Source of the DNA: Paraspadella gotoi
Lineage: Eukaryota; Animalia; Chaetognatha
Reading direction: 5' to 3'
DNA length: 64,000 bases
NCBI GenBank assembly: GCA_051294375.1
Contig: CM119264.1
Coordinates: forward strand, 19,475,590-19,539,589
The translations under genes were made by a program, and so were the position numbers. Each line of letters begins with the position of its first letter. Position 1 is the stretch's first letter. The notes under the pieces were generated by a model. It saw only the letters and a program-made list of their open reading frames with translations. It made no database searches and was not told the DNA's origin. Of the stretch, positions 53,940 through 64,000 are shown one piece after another.

Positions 53940-54245
53940 GACTTTTTTCGAATTATTCGATCGCCATTCTTGAGGATTTAGTTCGCGAGCAGAATCATCG
54001 CGAGATCGAGCACGAGGGGGAGGGGGAAGGAGCGCGGCTGCGGTTGCGAAGAGATCGAGAGGCGCTTCGAAGGCGAAAGCGAGGGAGATGTGAGAAGTCA
54101 AGAGAAATTAAAAGGAAAGTGTGTGCAAAAAATGAATTGAATGTATAAATAATTTTTATATAATTTTTTTCAGGAAAAAGCAAATTCATTGAGTTTCCCA
54201 AGGATCATTGTAAACATAAACTGTAATTATGTTATCATGTTTAAC

Positions 54246-54297
<52 letters not shown>

Positions 54298-54363
54298 GTG
54301 GGTTTTCGCATAGTCTGCCTCATCGGATCACGTCAGCTGGATAATTTTTGGTTATATTCATAG

Positions 54364-54636
54364 GTTTTCTGGAGAAACATCAAAAGAGGCTACGATTCCC
54401 AACCAAGAAGGTAAAAACGAATGGTGAGCGTTTAGATTTTTTTTATCTATCTAATTATTTTCTTAATGGATAAACGTCGCAAAAAAGAACAAAAAGGCAA
54501 TTAAAAACAAACCAAAACCTTGTATTTTAATTTTCTTTACATACGCCATTTTTGTTAAAAAACTTAATTTTTTTTCGGAAAACTTTTATTGCCCAGGACA
54601 TTACACTTTGCTGCTGCTCCGATACAGCCTCAACAG
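54364..54636 (+). other. Two candidate upstream exons (54364-54410, 54597-54636) of the titin-like gene; 5' UTR or alternative N-terminus
   Basis: tAG|...AAG|GTAAAA and ccAG|...CAG|GTAAAA boundaries; reading frame ambiguous. Confidence 0.4.
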
Positions 54637-55078
54637 GTAAAAGCACTTGTCAATATGGTTAAGTACTTAGCAATAAAGATGCGTCATGTCGGTCCATATT
54701 TAGTACTTTTTTACTCTCGCAATTGTACCGGGTAGTGAATCAAAACTTGGAATAGATTTCAATGGCAAAAAATTATTGAACTTCATTTTATAATACATCA
54801 AAATAATCACTGATGTTTTCTCACTCTGATAGAGGTTTTATTTTTTTCATACACGGTACCGAGAAGAATGCAACGTTGGTTGAATTTTCTTAAAACCACT
54901 CCTAAAATATGTTAACATTCCCTAGTAGTATGTTATATAATTAAGAAGGTTATCAAGAATAGGAAACTAGTATTCTTGGTCGGGAAACCGTGCACTAAAG
55001 CCCAGTCGATTAGAGCCATATATCGCATTGCATTAATAGTTAGAACAAGGTCTGGTTAAGTACGTATCTTCAATTCAA

Positions 55079-55922
55079 TTTTTAGTCGGATCTGCTGATA
55101 ATAATAATAATAATAATAATTCACTTTGTCGGTCCGTCGGTCCGCCCCCTCAATATTGTTGGGCACACACTAATATCATATCAGAACATCGAATTATGAT
55201 AAATTATGCAAAAAAAATTATGTCCGTCTGACTGTCTGTCTGTCTGTCTGTCCTTCCGTCCGTCCGTCCGTCAGTCCGTACCACTTTAGCAAAAAACACC
55301 AATTACTCGTGATTGGATGGATGGATTTGAATAAAATTTTGTGTGTGAGTAGGGAAGTGTGTGATTGAGTTGGATATGAAGTTTCGATGGAATCGTCCGA
55401 GTGGAAATGAGTTTAAATGGAAAAAACAAAAAAATATATTTCATTATTTGAACACCTATTGCTCATGAGTGGATGGGGCGATTGACCTTGAATTTTGTAT
55501 GTGGGTAAAAAAGTGTGTGATTAAGCTGGAAATCAAGTTTCGATGGAATCGTCTGAGTAAAAATGAGTTTAATTGAAAAAAACAAAAAACCTGTTTCACT
55601 AATATTAATTTAAATGTAAATGCAGGATGTATTAATTAATCAAATAATCAATCAATTAGTCAATTAATTAATCCATAATTAATTAATAAGTCAATCGTTA
55701 TCGGCATTATTCTCATCGTCATTGCTTTTGTCGTGGTTAGTGACGAAAAGACCTAAAAACAAACATTTGGGATCAAATTAATTAATTAATTGCCTAATTA
55801 AATAATTAATTAATTTATTGCCTAATTAATAAATAAATTCACTTGAATAATATAATTATTAATTAATTAATTACCGATAATGATCGTGAGCAGATCAGAC
55901 ATTGTTTGCTCAAACTTGTTTT
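55079..55922 (+). mobile_element. Family D HINE/DINE-1-like element
   Basis: ttttagtcggatctgc start, (GTCT/GTCC)n, internal ~160-bp duplication, gcagatcagacattgtttgctcaaacttgttt end. Confidence 0.8.
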
Positions 55923-56754
55923 ATTTATATTTATACGTCATAAAGTAAAAAAAAGAATAAGTGATACGGATTTTATAAGTTTTGAATCCCTACCCAGTAC
56001 ATTGTACATAGTTGAAAAGTTTCAATGGTTTTAGTTTTGTAATTTAAATTTATTACGGAAAGTACAAACTTTTTTGTCGGAGTCAAAAATATATATAATA
56101 AATAAATTAAAGAATTAAAGTCAATTGATGATTCTACGAAAAAGAATATTCTCAAAACCAATTTCACGGATTTCAAATGGGAGTGAAATCAAAAGATCAA
56201 TTACAGTTGGTAAATCCTTAGTTATAGCGAGTTCAGATTTTGCACCCTGGTAAAAAAGTCGCTGATGTTTCTTCTTTTTCAACTCCAATACTTCAGCTTG
56301 CCTAGTTTTTTAGTGATGCCATGGTGTAATTTTAAAAAAGGGAATAGTTGAATTTGAAGAGAACCTTGGTGTGAAAAGATATATTTCTATAAAAAAAAAA
56401 GGAAAAAAAAAATAGACATAGGAGTGTCTGGGCAATCAAATTGTCAAGAAGGTTTTCACAACTTCAATGAAAATTTTTTTTCATTTTATAGTTATAAAAA
56501 TTTTAATATTAAAAAAGTTAAGAAAAGAGCAATCATCTGGCAAAAGATAAACGAATAAACGAATAAACGAATTATTTTCCAAGCTTGTTAGACATTAAAC
56601 TAATATATGTAAAGAAATTTAAAATATTTGGCCCAATTTTTTTCACGATGAGTTTAAAATTAAAGTCTCAAATGGGAGAAGGAAAAAGTTCCAAAAAATC
56701 GTTTGCAAGACAACTATGGTGTACGTAATGTATTCTCAATTTGTTATATATATT

Positions 56755-56879
56755 TGTTATGTTATTATCTTGGAAGAGTGATGGAGGCCTTAAACCACCA
56801 AAGCCTGTCCAAAGTCAGGGACAAGATAGCTTATTTATTAAATGGATGGATAATTTTTATATTGGTTGTACCAATTTCA
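56755..56879 (+). mobile_element. Family E LTR-like repeat
   Basis: Near-identical to 37060-37175. Confidence 0.6.
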
Positions 56880-57077
56880 TAGGAACGTTGGGGAATTTTT
56901 TAACTCATGAAAAGATCAAATATCAGTCATAGTCAGTCAGTTAAGAGTAATAACAACTCGTTTCATTTCACTCTTATTTGAAATCCGTGTATATTCAACA
57001 TGAAAAAATTCGCAATCTGTAAACGCCTTCATTTCCTAGATTGCATCGCGAAAATGAGTGGTATATAGCGTACAGTC

Positions 57078-60000
57078 ATGACGTCGGCTTCCCCCAAGGG
57101 GGAAATGACAAGTGCAACAGCCCCCGGACTAAAGTTCGGCGTGGTAAGACATGGACCAATGAACCTATGAAGATAACTAAAATCACAATTCTTTTTTTTT
57201 CTCTATGTCCTATTTGCTTTTTCTCACAGGCCCCCATGAATGCCGCTCATGGGGTCGTTGCCACCATCAAAACCGGAACTGATGCTCACCATGGGGTCCC
57301 CCAGCCCCTGGAGGCTCAGATTGTGAATATTTCTTCCCTCTCGTTTGATGTGCCGCTTGAAAATGCATGTGTTAATGAAGGATCAAAGTAAGTAAAGCGT
57401 GACGTAAGAATCGTGATTTTAATTTTACGTTACATGTAAAGATACAAATCTAGTTTTTTGTTTTGTTTTGTTCTATCAGACATACTCTGCAATGCCGCGT
57501 TCGTGTAAACCATAAAATGCCAAAAATTGAATGGTATAAGGATGGTCTCATTATTAATAACCCTGACTACAAAATAAACCAATCTCCTGATGGAACGTGT
57601 TCTCTTACGATTGAAGAAACTATGATCGACGACTCTGCCAAGTCAGTCAAATTGTAGTTATCCTGGGGCCCTACTATATTTTAACCGTTTAAAAAATTAT
57701 CCATATATATTCTTATCAGGTACACCTGTCGAGCAACTTTTGCTCCGGGTGGCGAGGCCGAAACCTCCGCAATGTTAGTGGTCAGCGGTGAGTACTTTCT
57801 TTGTACGAATACGTTATTTCTCAATTTATTTTCGTGATGTCATTTTCTCACTATCTTTTCAGATCCACGTAATCCTGCCACAATTATTTCGCCAATGATT
57901 AAAGAAAATAAGTCTGCCAATGCACAGGTAAGAAATCGTGAGTTAACATTGTGGATAAGGCGCTGAGTGGGCTGAAGAGTGCTATCCGCAACTTCTTTAA
58001 CCCCTCTAGCAGCCATGGAACGAGTCCTGGGCTTGGAACCAGGCTTGAGGGTTTTCTAGGCCCCCAAGGCGGTTTACGGCCGTCCTTACGCTTCCCTCAG
58101 TTTAAGGACCCGGTTGGGAATGAACCCGGTACCTAGTGGACTTGAGCTGATGGCTTTACTCAATGAGCCACCGGGTCACAAATGATGGTGTCATGCTTAA
58201 AGGCGGGGATTTCAATTTTTTATATTTACAGACTACCGAAATGACAAATGACAATATTCAAATGAAAGAAACGGCTTCCACAGCCTCTGAAATGAAGGAA
58301 GAAGATTCCCCGAATTCTAAGTCAGTTTCACTAAAGAAAAGCGACCAAGCGACTTCAAAAAAGGTTAGCCTTCTCAGTTCTCATTTCTGATACGGTTCCC
58401 GAAGAGTTTTGACTTGAAGTTTGTGAAGGGGGGCGTGGCCACTGGGTTCTCCTGTGAGAAGGGTAATTTTTATGGAGCCTCTTTTCTTGCTTATTTTTAG
58501 GTGGTTCTATTGGACAATGGAACCACGTTGCAGACTTCCATATCTTCTTCCAATTTTGAGTCAACGTCTTCATCTAACGTGATGAACGGACCAATTTCCC
58601 TTGCAGGTAGGACTTCATCGCGGTCACGTCAATCTGCATATCATTGGTCTTACTCATTTTTTTATCTTATCTGTATCGTTGCGTCCACAATCGCACCCAT
58701 TTCTTTTCGTTAGGCCCAATGCCGCAACATGGTATACCTGCCGAGCACTTGCTTCCAAATTTCGAAAACATGGCATCAGCGATGCAGAAAACCGCGATGT
58801 CAATGCAGTCTCAGTTGCAAGCCCAAGTACAAGCTCAAATGCAGTCACAGATGAACGCGATGCAGAGCAACGTTTCATCATCTTCACCGCAGGCTCGTCC
58901 CGAAAAGGACTTCCCGTAAAACGGGAAATATTTGTTAGATTGTTTTAGCCGACAGTTAAATAAATTTTTAATGAAAGTGCCAAAATTACTTGCTTCACTA
59001 TTTTATCTTTTTAAATTTTATAATATTAGTTTTAAAATTGTCATATTTTTATAATATTTTTGTTAATATTTTTTAAATTTTCTGTTTGTTTTTTTTCTGT
59101 TCTATTTTTTATTTCTGGGATGGGGATGTTAGTGTGTTGCCTTCTGGAAATAGAGGGAGCATCTGTACAACACAAGATTAAAATACTTTCTTGCAATGTC
59201 ATTAATGAGATTATTAATGAGATCTTAAAAAATCTAGGAGGCTGATGTCACAGGTAATACAAATTTACTAGTAAATAAAAACGAAGAAATTTTTTTAGGT
59301 TTTACATTAGAGACCAATTTTTCACATGATTTCGTATTTTTAATTTTTTTAATTCTATTTTCAATGGAGGTGTTGCTCAAATGAGGACATCGACATTGTC
59401 GACCCGACGATGTCCTTATTCGAATCCCACATGTATTAAAAACAAAATATTATAAAATGTGGACCAAGTCATGTTAAAAGAAACATCCTAATTCGTTCGT
59501 CAATAAATTTAATCTTCCAGATGATGTCGTCCGCTTCTTCGCAAAAGATTATTGAAAAGACACAAAATCAATTCGCCGGCCAAATGAATATGGCGCCGAA
59601 AGCCATTACGCAGCAATCTGTTATTAACAAAGAATTGACACAAAAACTTCGACTTGCCACGCCAGTCCCAAATGGTTCGTAGAAACATATAGAGCATGCC
59701 CGTAAAAAATAAAAAATAAAAATATATTTATGAAATTAGTACAACCGAGACAAAAACAGTATTACAATAAAAACAATATTTAACAGTTATGAGGATCACT
59801 TTAAGCTACACAGTAGTTAACAATACAAATAAATACTTTTCTGAAAATAATTCTTTCCCAGGATCATCCATCAACATAATGTTTTAAATTGTTTCTAATT
59901 TTAGCGGAAGTTGTGGCTCCCGATTTCGTGAAGAAAATAGAAAATAGCGAGGCTTCCGTCGGTTCATCCGTCACTTTCGAAGCCGAAGTCAGTGGATCAC

Positions 60001-63000
60001 CACAGCCTACTATTACCTGGTGAGGTGGTCGGTGGGATGAGGAACGGTCACTAGAAGATAATATAGATAAACTGGATATGAAGTTTCGATGGAATCGTCC
60101 GAGTGGAAATGATTTTAAATGGAAAAAACAAAAAAAATCTATTTCATTATTTGAATACCAATTGCTCATGAGTGGATGGGGCGATTGACCTGAAATTTTG
60201 TATGTGGGTAGGAAAGTGTGTGATTAAGTTGTAAATCAAGTTTTGATGGAATGAGTTTAAAGGAAAAAACAAAAAACCTGTTCCCTAATTTATTATGCTT
60301 CTTTTTCTTTTTATAGTAAATGTAAATACAAGATGTACTAATTAATCAAATAATTTTTCAGTTAATTAATCAATTAGTCAATTAATTAATCAATAATTAA
60401 TTAATCAATCAATCAAGTCAATCGTTATCGGCATTATTCTCATCGTCGTCATTGCTTTTGACGTTTTTAGTGACAAAAAGACCTAAAAACAAACATTTCG
60501 GATCAAATTAATTAATTGATTGGCTAAATAATTAATTAACTTGAATTATTAATTATTAATTAATTAATTACAGATAATGAACGTGGGCAGATCCGACATT
60601 GTTTGCTCAAACTTGTTAATTGTATTTTCTGAACTTTTTTTTCGTAATAAATACTAAAATACTATCTAGTAAAAAAGTATATCACATAATTCATTTATTA
60701 AAAAAAAATATTTAAAATATGGGTAAAACATTCTCAATATTTTGTATGCTCTTCTTTGGCATTGATTACTGCCTACATTCATCTAGGCATGCTCTCATAC
60801 AGCAAATTGAGGTATAACAGTAAAATATTTTTCTACATCTTATTGTCTACTTATCCTTTTAAGCCCTGATATTTATGTTGCGCATCTTTCCCTCTTTTCT
60901 GATAGCTAAAATAGCACTTTTTTGAACCCAAAACAGGTGCAAGGCCTTTAGCATTACCAAATTACCAAAAATAAAAGAAAATTAAATATGATTTTTTTTC
61001 AACATTTTTCATTTGAAATAACAATATTTTTTTGCCTGTAACTTCTAAACGATTTGACCTACAAAAAATAAAAGGAAGTTACTGAAAGGAAATTCAATAT
61101 AGATTTGAAATATTTTGATTTTTTTTAAATCAAACACGTTTTCGAGTAGATATCCTTTATTAGAAATGTGATATATTTTTTCCTAGATAGTAACTACAAA
61201 CATGTAAGGAACATACAAACAGAAAAGGAGACAAATCAAGACGTGACTCAAAAGACAGTTTCATCGTTTATCACGTCTTGACTTATATCTAGAATTTAAG
61301 CGATGAATGATGAGACGAAGATCGGAGGGATGGAAAAAAGCCAAAAACAATTATTTTTTAAAAATATCAAATAAAATAATAAAACCATTCCAGGCTAAAA
61401 GAGAATCGCCCAATCGACGACTCACCAACTCGAAAAATATCGTGCGATACACAACGGTGCAAACTCACCATCCCTCTGGTTACTGAGAACGACAAGGGAA
61501 GGTTCATGTGTAAAGCTACAAACATTGGGGGTAAGTTAAAACGGGCGAAAAGAAGGGAGATGTGAATAAGTTGCTGAGGTTTTAGACAATTTATATCTCG
61601 ATGAACATCTTTTGTGCTAACTACCGATTTTTAGTTATTAGCGTAAAAATTTTAAACAGAAATATTCTATTATTTTAAAATCAGTTTAGAAATGAAATGA
61701 AGCAGAAACATGTCTGTTTTACAATAAAATAAAATCGTTGTCAAAACTAAACTCAAACTGTCTCTAATCGTCCCAAACAACGAAAAGAAAGGATTTATAT
61801 CTCAAAATCAGTTTAGAAAAATTCGGGAAAAAAAATTTTACTTTTTCTAATATTTTAAAGCCTTTATATATATTTCTAAACTTTATTATCAAGGCGAAGC
61901 CGTCTCCTCGGCAGTTCTTAACGTGGTCGCGTCTCAAAGCGGATTGGAGGAAGCTCCTAAAGGTATGAATATGAGAAAGAGAAAAGAAAAGAAAAAGAAA
62001 TCAAATAAAAAACATGAGAAAAAAAGAAAAAGAAAAATACGATATAACAAAAAACCGTCCATTGACGACAACCCTTGTCCTGCCAGTTATGGAAGTTCCT
62101 CCCGCCCATCTAAAATCAACGGCTGGGGAGCCCATCGTAATCTCCTGCCGATTCGCGGGATTCCCACCTTTCGAAATCACTTGGCTCAAGAATAACGTTC
62201 TCATTAACGACTCACCGACAGAGAAGGTTTTATTTGAATACTTATTACTTGGTTTTGTTTTGAACTTATGTGATTTTTAAATTTAAAATTGGTTCGCGAA
62301 TATGCTCGTCACAATACAATTTGATTATAAACCTACTGTATTTTTAAGTTGATAACGTTATTATTTATACTAAGTTTGGTTTATTTTGTATGTCTAATTA
62401 CTTATTGTTTTTATTGAAAGATCACCATCGAACTGAACTTCACCTCGCTCGAATTACCGGCGCCGAAACCGGCGGACACCGGGATCTACACTTGCGTCTT
62501 AAAGAACGCTCGTGGGCAGGCGATGACGAGTACTAACGTCTCCGTTACTCCGCCCACGGGCGTGGAGCAGGTCGGGAGGCGGTGGTGACGGGAAGATGAA
62601 TTATTGTCTACTTATCCTTTTTTTGCCCTGATGATGCGCTGAATGAGTCATTAAATGATTGAACTTTAGTGCCTTGTGCCTTTGTGACTTTCACGAACAA
62701 ACTCTTCCAGACCCCGCCGGTGTTGACGAAAGCTTTGAAAAATCTCGTCGTCACTGAAGGACTAAAAGCGAAACTCGACGCGACGATTGTTGGGGTGCCG
62801 GAGCCGGAGTGCATTTGGTATCACGGAGGTAATAATAATAATTGTAATTATAATTATCGTGGACGGGTAAAGAAGTGTTACAGGCAATGGGCTTAAATAT
62901 GCATGGCTCCGATTCCCGAGTTGAAAATTATCGAATTTTACTTATTACGTTTTACCGGAAGCGAACTTCTCAACTAAAATTTTTACAAAACGTCTTGCCC

Positions 63001-63834
63001 TAGGAATTCCTGTGAAAGAGTCCAAAGACATCAAACTGCTTTTCGAGGGCGACGATTGCACTCTGTTGATCAAAGAATGTTATCTTGAAGATGCAGGGTC
63101 ATACACACTCAGAGCGGTCAATCCACTAGGTGTCGTGGAAGAAACTGCCACTCTCACAGTCGAACGTAGGATTTGAAGTTTTTTGTTTTATTTTTTTTTG
63201 TCTTTGTTTTTTATTTTTTTAATTTTCTGGGCTGTGGGGAAATTGGATTAAACAAAGGACCACTAATCTCTTAACTAAAGAGATGTCGCTTTCGCAGAGC
63301 TCTCTATTAAACAAATGATTTGGAGTCTTTTACCAAAAAAACAAAAATGAAAAAAAAAAAAAAAACTGGAGAAAACTTCAAAATTAGAAAGGGGCTATCA
63401 CTAAGAGAAAAAAATATATGTTGAAAACATACAATAATAATTAAATAAAGGAAATACAAATTTGAACTTTTAAAAATAAAAACTCACAAACTTTAAATAA
63501 ACAACAAACTGTAGACGAAGTCACAGAATAATAAATATATATTCATGTTTTCGCTTTAAAATGATAATACATGTGTAATTGTGTGTACATTGGGGCGAAT
63601 TACAACGCCACATTTGCTTATACGTATTGTCCTCCAGCGTTAAGCACGACGAGCGAACTCAGCGATTCCCAGATGTCGCTGTGTCCACCGCGATTTACGA
63701 CGCCATTGGACGACGACGTGGAGGCGGTAGCGGGATCGTCTCTCCGCCTCGACATCGTCGTCGAGGGCGATCCGCTGCCGGAAGTAAGGTGGTCAAAAGA
63801 TGGAGTCTTGCTCAAGAATGGCAACAACCTCAAG
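57078..63834 (+). CDS. Titin/kettin/sallimus-like multi-Ig (I-set) muscle-type protein, 5' part, continues beyond the window
   Basis: 18 phase-consistent GT-AG exons: 57078-57143, 57230-57387, 57480-57641, 57720-57787, 57863-57927, 58232-58363, 58501-58606, 58714-58915, 59238-59253, 59521-59674, 59905-60019, 61394-61530, 61894-61962, 62087-62226, 62421-62570, 62711-62828, 63004-63165, 63638-63834. Four complete I-set domains and a partial fifth (PKIEWYKDG..CSLTIEETMIDDSAKYTCRA; APDFVKKIEN..GSPQPTITW..DKGRFMCKATNIGG; DTGIYTCVLKNARG; GVPEPECIWY..EDAGSYTLRAVNPLG; GDPLPEVRWSKDG), no signal peptide, S/Q/M-rich linker after Ig1. Exact orthology not determinable by eye. Confidence 0.92.
57950..58210 (-). 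mobile_element. Family B LTR-like element (B2) inside intron 5 of the titin-like gene
   Basis: Homologous to 39433-39700 with the same terminus (minus ...CCTTATCCACA); contains the tRNA-like module 58106-58177. Confidence 0.7.
58106..58177 (-). ncRNA. tRNA-derived module inside family B element (not a functional tRNA)
   Basis: GACCCGG TG GCTC ATTGAGTA AAGC C ATCAG CTCAAGT CCACT AGGTA CCGGG TTCATT CCCAA CCGGGTC C: perfect 7-bp acceptor stem, box A-like TGGCTCATTG, box B-like GGTTCATTCC; anticodon stem unpaired. Confidence 0.75.
60073..60617 (+). mobile_element. Family D HINE-like element, 5'-truncated, intronic
   Basis: Matches 55372-55920; ends gcagatccgacattgtttgctcaaacttgtt. Confidence 0.8.
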
Positions 63835-64000
63835 GTGAGAAGGAGAAAAAGTATGATTAGGAGGAGAAAACCGATGAAACCTCTTCCCTCTTCATGAAAC
63901 ACATTATGTCTTTGTCCTATGGTCCTATCCACCTTTTTTCGACACTTCGAATCTTACCATTGAAACATTTGACACTTGGTCTTTGACCTTTTACATCCCT

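Overview
Eukaryotic (invertebrate-animal-like) AT-rich genomic DNA from a draft assembly with N gaps, dense in (GA/CT)n, (TTTC)n and (GAC)n microsatellites. Most ORF-track entries are repeat artefacts. Three spliced genes can be built by hand with the standard code: (1) an Ig-domain exon on the minus strand at the left edge; (2) a 5-exon gene for a small 3-TM, Cys-rich membrane protein (49696-51529, +); (3) the 5' part of a titin/kettin/sallimus-like multi-Ig I-set gene (18 exons, 57078 to beyond the window, +), including a 16-nt micro-exon. The rest is non-coding and holds small non-autonomous elements: Helentron-associated HINE/DINE-like elements, MITE/foldback elements and short LTR-like repeats. 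The most notable signal is a miniature LTR retrotransposon (TRIM, five copies, all minus strand). It has TG..CA 236-bp LTRs, a tRNA-Trp-type PBS, a PPT and a probable 4-bp TSD, and its LTR carries an internal ~73-nt tRNA-like module (Helenus/Cassandra-like architecture). A second family with a different sequence carries an equivalent tRNA-like module. Both keep an intact acceptor stem and share a non-cloverleaf D-loop/anticodon-loop pairing in nearly the same register. All calls were made by eye; no database searches were run.
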